64,000 nucleotides of DNA, taken from contig NC_045697.1 of the NCBI RefSeq assembly GCF_009834535.1, forward strand, positions 43,836,001 to 43,900,000. The letters are read 5' to 3'. The notes below the pieces were generated by a model. It ran no database searches. It was not told the DNA's origin and saw only the letters and a list, made by a program, of their open reading frames with translations. Made by a program: the position numbers and the translations under genes. Of the stretch, positions 53,266 to 64,000 are shown in pieces. Positions within the stretch are counted from its first letter, which is position 1; every line of letters starts with the position of its first letter. This DNA comes from Camelus ferus. Lineage: Eukaryota.

Positions 53266-53524
53266 AAATCAATGATTAAAACAGGGAAGTGACCACATTT
53301 TTGTTCTAGAAAGACCACGCTGGGCACTGTTGAGGAAAGAGTCTATGGTCTCGCTATCTTTTTCCTCGGGGCAGCTTGGAGACATTTGTACCATGGTGGG
53401 CCCGTGAGGCTTGGATTCTCTAAGATGAGGGAAGTAGTGGGCCTGGGTATTTGCACACATTTTCTCACTTGCCCTCCCAGTTCCATTTCCTCTTATATAT
53501 GCTTATTGGTTCCCCTTTGGAGTG

Positions 53525-53713
53525 TTGAGTTGCCAGACTTAGCAAATAAAAATACAAGACACCCAGTTTAATTTGAATTTCAAATAAACAAGAAATAAAT
53601 GTTTAGTGTAAGTATGTCTCATGCAGTATTTGGGACATATGATGAAATGTATTCATCGTTTATCTGAAATTCAAATGTAACTAGGCATTCTGTGTTTTAT
53701 CTGGCAATACTAC
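53525..53713. mobile_element. MER53-like palindromic DNA transposon relic
   Basis: gagttgccagacttagcaaataaaaatacaagacacccagtt ... ttttatctggcaatac, with inverted termini. Confidence 0.85.
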
Positions 53714-54157
53714 TGGGGCCCCTTTAGTAAGAATTCCTGAAAAACTTAAGGAAATACGAGAGGACATGGATCAGGGTCCCTGATGTCTAGATTGGGTTGT
53801 GGCTGTTGGGCATGTGGGTAGCAGGTAGGTAGTGGGTAAGACAGTAGAGGGAGACCCAGTAAAAATGAGTATCAAGGTAGATCACAGCAAAATCCAGAGG
53901 TTGAAGGAAGGCAGTGGCCTGAGAAATGTAGGCTGGGCCAGGAAGTGAAGCAAGGATAGTTGTGGTGGCTTTTGTAATCCCTTCCATTTGAATAGAGTTT
54001 CATGGCTTCTCAAAAGCTGTCTCCATCAACGCTCAGAAATCTTTCAGGGAGAGGGCATGAGTCAATGGTCCCACTTTAAAATGAGAAAACTAAAGATTTG
54101 ATATGAGTCAGGCAAGTTCCCTTGGATAATGATCAAGTTATCAAGTTAATGACCCAG

Positions 54158-56419
54158 GTGAAGTCTGGGAGAGTTATTCCTCCAGCCTCTTTCTTTCTCT
54201 TCAGTAATGCTTTGGCAATTCTAGGTCTTTGATGGTTCCATATAAATTTTATTATGATTTGTTCTAGTTCTGTGAAATATGTCCTGGGTAATTTGATAGG
54301 GATTGCATTAAATCTGTGGATTTCCTTGGGCAGTATGGCCATTTTAACAGTATTGATTCTTCCAATCCAGAAGCATGGGATATCTTTCCATTTTTTACAG
54401 TCTTCTTTAATTTCCTTCATCTATGGTTTATAGTTTTCTGTGTATAATTCTTTCACCTCCTTGGTTAGATTTATTCCCAGATATTTTATTACTTTGGGTG
54501 CTATTTTAAAGGGGATTGTTTCTTTACTTTCTTTTTCTGTTGATTGATCATTAGTGTAAAGAAATGCAACTGATTTTTGAACATTAATTTTGTAACCTGC
54601 TACCTTGCTGAATTCTTCCATCAGATCTAGTAGTTTTTGTGTGGACCTTTTAGGGTTTTCTATATATAGTAACATGTCGTCGGCATATAATGACACTTTT
54701 ACCTCTTCTTTTGCAACTTGGATCCCTTTTATTTCTCTCTCTTGCCTGATTGCTGTGGCTAGGATTTCAAAGACTATGTTGAATAGGAGTGGTGATAGTG
54801 GGCATCCTTGTCTTGTCTCAGATTTTAGTGGGAAGCTTTTGAGTTTTTCACCGTTGAGTACTATGCTGGCTGTAGGTTTGTCATATATAGCTTTTATTAT
54901 GTTGAGATATGTTCCCTCTATACCTACTTTGGTGAGAGTTTTTATCATAAATGGGTAGAGCTACAGTCATCAAGACAGCATGGTATTGGTACAAAAACAG
55001 ATATATAGACCAATGGAACAGAATAGAGAGCCCAGAAATGAACCCACAAACTTTTGGTCAACTCATCTTCGACAAAGGAGGCAAGAATATACAATGGAAT
55101 AAAGACAGTCTCTTCAGCAAATGGTGTTGGGAAAACTGGACAGCGGCATGTAAAACAATGACGCTAGGACACTCCCTTACACCATACACAAAAATAAACT
55201 CAAAATGGATCAAAGACTTAAACATAAGACAAGATACAATAAACCTCCTAGAGGAAAACATAGGCAAAACATTATCTGACATACATCTCAAAAATTTTCT
55301 CCTAGTAGAAATAAAAGCAAGAATAAACAAATGGGATCTAATGAAACTTACAAGCTTCTGCACAGCAAATGAAACCATAAGTAAAACAAAAAGACAACCT
55401 ATGGAATGGGAAAAAATTTTTGCAAATGAAACCGACAAAGGCTTGATCTCCAGAATATATAAGCAGCTCATACGACTCAATAAGAAAAAAATAAACAACC
55501 CAATCCAAAAATGGGCAGAAGACCTAAACAAGCAATTCTCCAAGGAAGACATACAAATGATCAAAAGGCACATGAAAAAATGCTCAATATCACTAATTAT
55601 CAGAGAAATGCAAATCAAAACTACAATGAGGTATCACCTCACACCAGTCAGAATGGCCGTCATTCAAAAATCCACAAATGACAAATGTTGGAGAGTCTGT
55701 GGAGAAAGGGGAACCCTCCTACACTGCTGGTGGGAATGCAGTTTGGTGCAGCCACTATGGAAAACAGTGTGGAGATTCCTCAAAAGACTAGGAATAGACT
55801 TACCATATGACCCAGGAATCCCACTCCTGGGCTTGTATCCAGAAGGAACCCTACTTCAGGATGACACCTGCACCCCAATGTTCATAGCAGCACTATTTAC
55901 AATAGCCAAAACATGGAAACAGCCTAAATGTCCATCAACAGGTGACTGGATAAAGAAAAATTGGTATATTTATACAATGGAATACTACTCAGCCATAAAA
56001 ACCAACAACATAACGCCATTTGCAGCAACATGGATGCTCCTGGAGAATGTCATTCTAAGTGAAGTAAGCCAGAAGGAGAAAGAAAAATACCATATGAGAT
56101 CACTCATGTGTGGAATCTAAAAAACAAAAACAAAAACAAACAAACAAAAACAAAGCATAAATACAGGACAGAAATAAACTCATAGACATAGAATACAGAC
56201 TTGTGGTTGCCAGGGGGGCCGAGGGTGGGAAGGGATAGACTGGAATTTCAAAATTGTAGAATAAATAACCAAGATTATACTGTATAGCACAGGGGATCAC
56301 AGAGGAAAAAATGTGATAATGAGTGTGTATATGTCCATATATGACTGAAAAGTTGTGCTGAACACTAGAATTTGACACAACATTGTATAATGATTATAAA
56401 TCAATAAAAATGTTAAAAA
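54158..56419 (+). mobile_element. Young 5'-truncated, 5'-inverted (twin-primed) LINE-1
   Basis: Inverted RT segment at 54158-54956 (-, with YADD motif). Sense ORF2 C-terminus at 54956-56120, then 3'UTR and AATAAA/A tail. Perfect TSD AATGACCCAG at 54148-54157 and 56420-56429. Confidence 0.95.
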
Positions 56420-56748
56420 AATGACCCAGCTGAGACTCAAAATAGGTCTTTGACCACACTTGGCTTCCTCTGCTTATTGAATGTTTTTTCTATGGTCAAA
56501 GAAGTTAACAGCAGTAGTAGGAAGAAGCAACACCAGCACCAGCAGATAGCACTTACTGAGCACTTACCTTGTGCCAGGCCCTGTCCTAAGTGCTTTGTAC
56601 ATTTGATCACTTATTTCTCACAGTCTCCCCATGAAGTACATATTACAGTTATCCCTATATGACTGGCACAGACAGATTGAGCAACCAGCGCAAGATGATA
56701 CAGAATGAGAATTCAGATCCAGTCCTTCGGTTCAAGAGCACAAGGATC

Positions 56749-57195
56749 TGATAAAGACTCAGTTCTCCTTAACCAAACTCGGGCTCCTCTGAGCCCTCTT
56801 CTCAATGAGGCCCCATCCTTGTCTTCACTCTGTTCTTGCTGAGTCCAGTTGTAACAATCTTGCTAAGTCAGTTTAGACAGAATCCCCTACCCTTGATATC
56901 TGATCGAATTCCTCATCCCCTCATTGATTTCTCATCAGCTTGGCCTATCTTCAGCAAGAATCCTGTTAAGTCAGTTCAGCAAGAACCCCTACCCTTAATG
57001 TCTTCTCTTAGTACTTTTTCATTTATCTACTGACCTCAGACTTCATGTCGGCTATAGATCCCTAGCTGTGTTCTCTGTATTCAGAGTTGAGCCTCAGCTC
57101 TCTTCCCTATTGTGATAGTCTTGACTCCTATCACAGTAGTTCTGATTAAAGTCCTTACCATGTTAACAAGTGTCAGACTAAATTTTTCTTTAACA
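56749..57195 (+). mobile_element. Solo ERV1 LTR (MER31-like)
   Basis: TG...CA termini, internal repeats of ctaagtcagttt..gaatcccctacccttgat, and ATTAAA near the 3' end. Confidence 0.75.
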
Positions 57196-58187
57196 TCCCT
57201 AACCATGGGGTATGTTGCCTTCTCAGGTCAGAGGGCTGAAGATGTGTGAAGAAGGAAAGCAGGAGTTAGCACAAAATGAGATAAGCTGGATGTCAGAACA
57301 TCTCATCCTTCCCAGACTCCTCTGCCCTTTCATGCCTTTGCACAAACTGTTACTGAAATGGCCCCACCACTATTCCCCACACCTCCTAACCCTAAACTCC
57401 TGTGCACCCTCCATCAATCTATTCAGGTGTCACCAGGTAGAGTTGGCCTCCACTTCCCTAGGTAGGTTTTAGAACTCCTTTCTCTGAGCAGCAGACTTCT
57501 CTCTTAATGCCTGTATTAGAATACTGCATTGCCATCATTTATGCCTGTCTTCTTTAATAGACTGAGGACTCTTCTATGTGAAGGCCATGCCACCTTCTTC
57601 TTAAATTCAAGACTTTTAAACCACTGCCTGATTCTCAGTGGCTTACATAATAAAAGCTCATTGTGAATCCCAAAAGATAGTTCCTGACCTGCAGGAGAGC
57701 TTCCATGTGATCATTTGGAAGCTCCTTTCATCTTATGGCTCCATCTTCTGCTAGGAACTTTAAGTTCTCTGCATTCAGCTGGAAGATGAAGGAGAGGGAT
57801 GAAGGATTGCATGTGAAAGCTGGAAGTAGCGCTCTCCCCTTCTGCTCACATTCCACTGGCTACAACCCAGTCACATGGCCACAACCTAACTGCAAGGGAG
57901 TCTGGAAAATGTAGTCTCACTGTTTGGTCTAGAAAAGGAAATGGGCCACAGACAAGCTGGCTAGTTTTGAATTATGGTTCTATCACTTACCAGTTGTGTG
58001 AACTTGGACAAGTTGCTCCATTTTTTAGACCCACAATTTCCTCATCTGTGTAAACAAGAATAATGCCTATTTCGTGGAGTTGATATAGAGAATAAATGAG
58101 TTAAGATATGTAAAGTACTTAGAACAGTGCCCAGAATCTAGTAAATGCCATATAAGGGTTGACTATTATCTGCATTAATATCCTCTA

Positions 58188-58345
58188 ACCAGTATAGCAC
58201 AGGGAACTGTATTCAATGTCTTGTAGTAACCTGTGGTGAAAGAAATGAAAATGAATATATGTATGTTTGACTGAAGCATTATGCTGACACTAGAAATTAA
58301 CACAACATTGTAAACTGACTATACTTCAATAAATAAATATATATA
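58188..58345 (+). mobile_element. Short L1 3' tail
   Basis: gtatagcacagggaactgtattcaatgtcttgtag...ctgactatacttcaataaa. Confidence 0.8.
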
Positions 58346-58379
58346 TACACACACAAAGAAAAAAATCCTTTAATCAAAA

Positions 58380-58890
58380 CTCTCTTCACCTTCCCCTCTA
58401 ACCCAGAGTAAAAGCTCAAGTTTTTACAATGACCTGTGAAATCTTTAATACTCTATTCCCAATCGTCTCCTGCTTCTCTCACTACTGAAACCACCCTGAC
58501 AGCTTTTTGCTCTTTTTCGAAAGTGCCAGGCACACTCCCACCTCAGGGCCTTTGACTCCCTGCCCGGAAGGCTCTTCCCCAGGTTTCTGCATGGCTCACT
58601 CCCAAACTCCTTCAGAGGTCTGCTCAGACGGACCTGCCCTGGAAAGCTGCAAGCATCCCCCCCCCCCCCAACACTCCCCATTCCCCTTCACTACTTTATT
58701 CTTTTTCTTGTCTTCTACCATCTAACATGCCATAGATTCACCTTACTTTTCATGTGTATCTGTCTTCCCTGCTGGGCCTAAGCTCCACAAGGGCAGGAAG
58801 TTTTGCCTGTTTTTCCCAATTCTGTATCCCCAGCACCTGTAATACTGTTTATTCAACGTATCAGTAAGAGAGCAAATGAACGAATGGTGA
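58380..58890 (+). mobile_element. L2 LINE 3' fragment
   Basis: ccacctcagggcctttgact...taagctccacaagggcagg...tgtatccccagcacct. Confidence 0.7.
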
Positions 58891-58974
58891 TTTTTCATTG
58901 ACACACTAACATCTCTGACCTTATTAAACACACATCTGTGGTGACTACGATTTCTGTATTGTCAGACATACAAC

Positions 58975-59460
58975 TGAAGGGGTTCAGAACAAGTCTCCCC
59001 AAAATGTGCCACTCTGGTATGTGGGTTACTTTGAGCTGAAGACAATCCAGACCCAGCAGACTCAAGAAGAACTTTCACCTCTTTTCTTAACTGCTTAAAA
59101 GAATTTGGTCAGGGAGCCTGTCCAGAAAGAGCACAGTTACCAGAGATGACTTTTCTCTGAATGATGTAACTACATGGCAGGACAGACATCTAATAACTGA
59201 GCATCTGCTGTCCTTTTCATCCCATAAATTACCACCCTCCCCTTTGAAGGTCCAGGCCCCACTTCCATCCCATTTCTTAGCTCAGGAGGACATACAAGCC
59301 ACAATTACCTGACTTGTCCTTGGGTCTCATTGTTTTTGTGGGATTCCTGTATGTATATAGTTAGATTTGTTTTTCTCCTGTTATCCATATTATGTCAGTT
59401 TAATTAGTAGACTAGCCAAAAGAATCTAGAAAGGTAGAGGAAAATATTTCCTCCCCTACA
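58975..59460 (+). mobile_element. Solo ERV1 LTR (MER34/MER39-like)
   Basis: tgaaggggttcagaac...ccccaaaatgtgccactctgg...ttttgagctgaagacaat ... cctcccctaca. Confidence 0.75.
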
Positions 59461-61484
59461 CACATAATCCATTAATTATGGGCAATATGCAAACACGCTA
59501 TAGGAGACAGTGTATAGCAACACATGAGACAAGAGAGTCCCTTATTTCCAAGGGACTTGACCAGGAACTGAATTATCTGAAATTAGGACAGTCTCAGAAA
59601 TCCCAGAAAGCAAGATTCTTGTAGTCTTAGACTATAACCTGCAGGAGAATGGCAAGAATAAATTTGTTGGTGCTTCTTTAAAACCCAGAGCCCAGTGCAG
59701 TGATCCACTCAGCATGTGGAGTCTGGCATATTCTGAGCCTCACAGCATCCAGTGACAATGGTTATAGTTCATACAGTGTGTTAAAATGAACACCAATTAA
59801 TTGCAGCCAGTATGCAAACAACTGAAGAAATGTGTCCCCCCCCCACTTTTTTTTAACAGAAGTGAATTTATTTCAGTGTTACTGTGACCTTTTGCAGTTG
59901 TGTCCTGTCATTTTCCTGTCACTTTTTCCAGTGATTGTGTGAATTCAGAGGAAGAGAGCAATGCAGAAGTCAGTTTTGCAAGATTTGCATCAAGTCAAAC
60001 AACACCTTTTCCCCCAAAAAAGATGAAATATTCTTTCATTGGTTAAAGTAACACTAACAGAATAGGTGATGGATCAGGTGCTACTTCCCCATCCAGGGGC
60101 TAATTTTAATTTTTGTCCCAAAATAGATGTATTTAAACAGACACTTCACAGAGTGTGTATTTCACAGGATGTGAAAGCACTGAAACCAATTTCACTAGTC
60201 TGGGTGGGGTCGGACTTTCTATCCACAATTCAGTTGAACGCACCTATGTGGTAACTGAACCCGCCCACAAAACAAAACAAGTTTGAATGGGTCTGGCTGC
60301 AGCCAATATCAATTAAGGGCAGGGTCCTGAAGCTTTGTTTTCAGAAAAAAAAAAAATACTTGTCTGTGACTCTCCCCCACCTCAGATGAATCCCCCACTT
60401 CCTACCCCACCCCAACCTAGGTGGGGTTCTTATGTTTGATTTTCTCAAAGCACCTCTTTGCAATGCTTAGCATTTGTGATTGTCTGTAGTTACCTGTCTT
60501 CTCACACTACAACATCAGCCTGGGAAGGGACTGACTTGCTTAGATCACATTTGCTACAGTATCCTGGATGTCTGGCACAGTTAAGTGCTCAGTAAATATG
60601 TGTCTTGTTAACCAACTGACTGAGAACCTTCTAGCTGTGATTAACATGGAGAAGTCAAAGGAGCATTGCATTTAATCAGAGCACCCTAGTCTCTTCTTGA
60701 CTCCACCTTTTCTAGATTTGTGATCCTGGAAAAGTCACCTAGCATTTTTTAGCTTCTATTTCTTCACCTGGAAAATAAGAATGATAATAATAATATCCTC
60801 CTCTGGGGCTTTCTAAGGAGCAAATGTTATCATGGACTTGTAAATGCCTGGGAGACATTCAAAGCACATCAGGCAAATTCAGTTATGTGGTGAACATTTC
60901 AGTGTTGATGCTATAAAAGATGGTGGGAAGTGAGTAATTTAAAAATTGCAGATATGACCTTCTATATCTTCACCACCTGAAGCCAGTTTATTTGAGATAA
61001 AAACATGGGAACTTGTGCAAGTGGCAACAAATAAACACATATTTATTAACTGCCTTCTCTTGTCCAGACTACTTGACTGCAATCTCCCTGAGCCAGGGAG
61101 CTCACTGAGTGCCGAGTCTTCAGCCAGGGTCAGACCTAAGTGTACTCAACACACGTTAACTGAATGAATGACTCCCTGCCCTAAATGATCTCTACCCTTC
61201 CTCAGACTGTTGAACCCGCCCGTTCCTTCATGCACGAGGCATGTAACTAATGCCCAGGAATTAAGTTGCTTTACCTGTATCCAAATTCTTTCCATCTTTT
61301 AGTGTTTATAAATCCACCCCTGAATTTTGCTTCCTCTTGACATAGGATTGTATCTAATCGCTAATCGTCTGGATTAGCCAAATGACACCTTAATTTCAAT
61401 GGGTAGCTACAGATTCGGGATTTCCCAGTGATGTGTTAAGGCGGAACTTCTAGGTAACTGGCCCAATAAGAAAAGTTACCATCA

Positions 61485-61690
61485 AAGTGGTTTCCTGGGG
61501 TTGGTGGGGAGGGGAAATGGGGAGTTATTGTTTCATGGGTATAGAGTTTCCGTTTTGCAAGATGAAAAAGTTCTGGAGAGTAGTGGCACAGAATGTGAAT
61601 ACATTTAATTCTACCTAACTGTGCTCTTAAAAACAGGTGAGTCAACAAGTTTTATGTTACGTGTATTTTTACCATAACATTTTAAAATGT
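61485..61690 (+). mobile_element. Old L1MB-like 3' end
   Basis: ggggaaatggggagttattgtttcatgggtatagagtttccgttttgcaagatgaaaaagttctggag. Confidence 0.8.
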
Positions 61691-62027
61691 GATTGTTGAA
61701 AGTCTCCACCATACACTAAAGAAGCCAAGCAATAAAGACATTGCATTTGTATATAAAGCTTGGGTGTTCTTACCACCTCTGGAATTCTTACAGGTACGTA
61801 AAAGTGCAGATCTGTAGGTCAAATAGGAATAAAATATCTTCCAAATATTTCATATCCCCAGAGTGAGTGAAAAATGAGCTTAGAAAAATGTGTCCACACT
61901 ATAAAATAGTATGTAAAAGTTATTAAATGCACAAAATGCATGGACCTAAATGAACTCTGACATTTTCTCTAGAGGCAACTCAGAGTAATTGAACTAAGAT
62001 TTGTTGCCACAGCTGGGATTTTGGGGT

Positions 62028-62250
62028 TTTTTTTTCCCAGTTTTATTGAGATATGATTGACATACAGCATTGTGTGAGTTTAAGGTGTACAACATGTTGA
62101 TCTGATACACTTACACACTGGAAAACTATTACCACCTGTAGCTAATACTGCCATGTGTCACATAATTACTGTTTCTTTCTTGCGGTGAGAACACTTTAGA
62201 TCTAGTCTCTTAGCAACTTTCAAGTATATAATACGGTATTAATTATTATT
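62028..62250 (-). mobile_element. Old L1MA-like 3' end
   Basis: ttttattgagatatgattgacatacagcattgtgtgagtttaaggtgtacaac...tctcttagcaactttcaagtatataatac. Confidence 0.8.
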
Positions 62251-64000
62251 AATAGTGCTTGTGTTTGAACAAAAGTTTAGTAATTGGGAACTTCTAGCAA
62301 CAAATACAAACCTATGGGGTAATATATCCACACCGGGTTTTCCGGACTTTAAGATTCTACAGCTCCGTTCAAGTTACTCTGCTGATTTCACAAGCCTTTT
62401 GTCTTCTTGCTTCATAGGGCAAGATTACCTAAAGTTAAATGCCTAACAGAAGTAGGAAGGGTTTCAGTATTTACATTTCCTTTCTTTAGAAACCTGGAAA
62501 CTATTTCCAACCAACAGCTCTGCCGCTTGTCGTATTTAAACCATTGTTTAAATGGCAGCAACATTCTAATCGCAGCAATGTACAGTTAATCTAGGGCTTT
62601 CTCACATTCCTCACTCCATTTTGCTTCTTAAAGCATTCAGCATCGTTGATCTGCTTCTTCTGTGAAAAAGGTTTCTACTACTTTGACTCCAGCGGTGGTT
62701 TTCTGTTTTTCTTCCACCTTCTCTGACTCTACCCCTCCTGCTGTCTTTGCTTACTTGGTTTTCTCCTGTATTCATTTAAGGAATATTTCTGGAGGGACTG
62801 CAATATGCCAGACACTGTGCTCCCAACAGGGAGCAGAACGGATGTGGAGCCCCCGAAAGCAGAGGGACAGGTGTGGACTAAACCAGTAAAAAGGGTGGAT
62901 TTGCAAGGACAGCCTGTGATGGGGGTACTGGGCCATGGGGAGCTCAGGGAAGGCCACTGGGGCTGAGATCTGAAGGGCAGGTAGGCACCTGTGGATGAGG
63001 TGAAGAGGTGAGGCCACAGCCCCAATGTTTCCATCTTGATCAGCATCCTTGATTTGCATAGTGTTTGCTGGTTTAGAACCACTTCTACACACATCACATC
63101 ATGCTGATATTCTGTGGAGGGGAGGGCAGGCATTAGTAGCCCTTCATGTATTGAGGACACAAGGTTCAGAGCCATTAAATGATGTACCCAGACTCACATG
63201 GTCAGTAAGCAGCACTACTAGACTGATCCCAGGTCTCCAACCCTAAGTTTTGAGAACCCCATTTTCTCTTCCTTGGTGACTCTCTCACTCACTCACATGT
63301 GACCTCAAGAGAAAGCTCTTAGACCCACTTCTCTTCAGATGCATGTTTCACATTAGCAGCTGGATAGTTCCACGTGGCATCCCAATTATGTCACTTACTG
63401 AAATATCAGAAACCATTAGTCTTCCACAAAAAAACAGTTTTGCTCTTAAAGTTTCTTACATTTGTTCTAATAATTTTGTTCTGCCAGAATCTTGAATTCA
63501 TTCTCTCCTTCTTTGCCTTGGCTTCTGGTGAGCCACCCAGTCCACTGACGGGTCCCATCACAAAAACTTGTACATCTGTTTTTCCAATTTCATCTCCATT
63601 TCCATCCCCTCTCATGTCAGTGTTTCATCAGGCAAAAAATGTCTCTTGTTCCTTCTGTGTGTAAAATACCGTCTTGCCCTCAAGAAGTTTACAACCCAAA
63701 CTGAAGATCAGACATACCCACAACCATCCAGAGAGCAGGATATCACAAACATGCAAAGTGCTGTGTCAGTTACATCACACGTGTCAGGAACTTTTCTAGG
63801 CACAGGAATAAAAAGAAGAAGACATGCTTTCTGTGCTTGAGGGGCCTTGCAGTTGAGGAGGGAGGGAAGGACCAGAGCATAAGCTCCACGAGAGTGAGGA
63901 CTTTCGTCCGCTTTGGTTCACTGCTGTACCCCCAACCTTTAGAATAGTGCTGGGCACACAGCAGGGTCTTGGTAAATATTTGCTGAAGGAATCAGTGGAT

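Noticed and set aside
55058..55618. 186-aa minus-strand ORF
   Set aside because: Common antisense open frame of L1 ORF2.
60172..60188. ISRE in gtgaaagcactgaaacc
   Set aside because: The GAAA half-sites are 5 nt apart rather than the canonical 2.
17800..64000. PLAC8 or other intact protein-coding exons, CRISPR arrays, rRNA
   Set aside because: No PLAC8-like Cys-rich exon or other intact gene was recognised. There is no repeat-spacer array, and the sequence is eukaryotic. Small non-coding exons could be missed by eye.

Overview
Mammalian genomic DNA, most likely a camelid, judged from three tRNA-derived Vic-1-type SINEs and the absence of recognisable Alu, Bov-A/BovB or PRE-1 elements. Positions 219-17287 (+) hold the last six coding exons of COQ2 (4-hydroxybenzoate polyprenyltransferase), with intact GT-AG junctions and one continuous frame. 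Exon 1 lies upstream of the window. Intron 5 is mostly a ~6.1 kb antisense, full-length but dead LINE-1. The remaining ~46 kb is transposon-rich: L1, L2, MIR, MLT1, ERVL, ERV1 LTRs and an env fragment, hAT and Tigger relics. It also holds a young 5'-inverted (twin-primed) L1 and a three-level nested insertion. The most unusual signal is on the minus strand between ~45.7 and ~36.8 kb: a collinear series of decayed, splice-site-flanked coding segments. Two resemble the N-terminus of the CENP-A chaperone HJURP (Scm3 domain, then a QxDIL motif), and they are followed by a recognisable TRIM RING/B-box/coiled-coil remnant. This may be a fossil HJURP-like/TRIM locus or fusion gene. All family assignments are by eye from remembered consensus sequences, and repeat boundaries are approximate unless a TSD is given.
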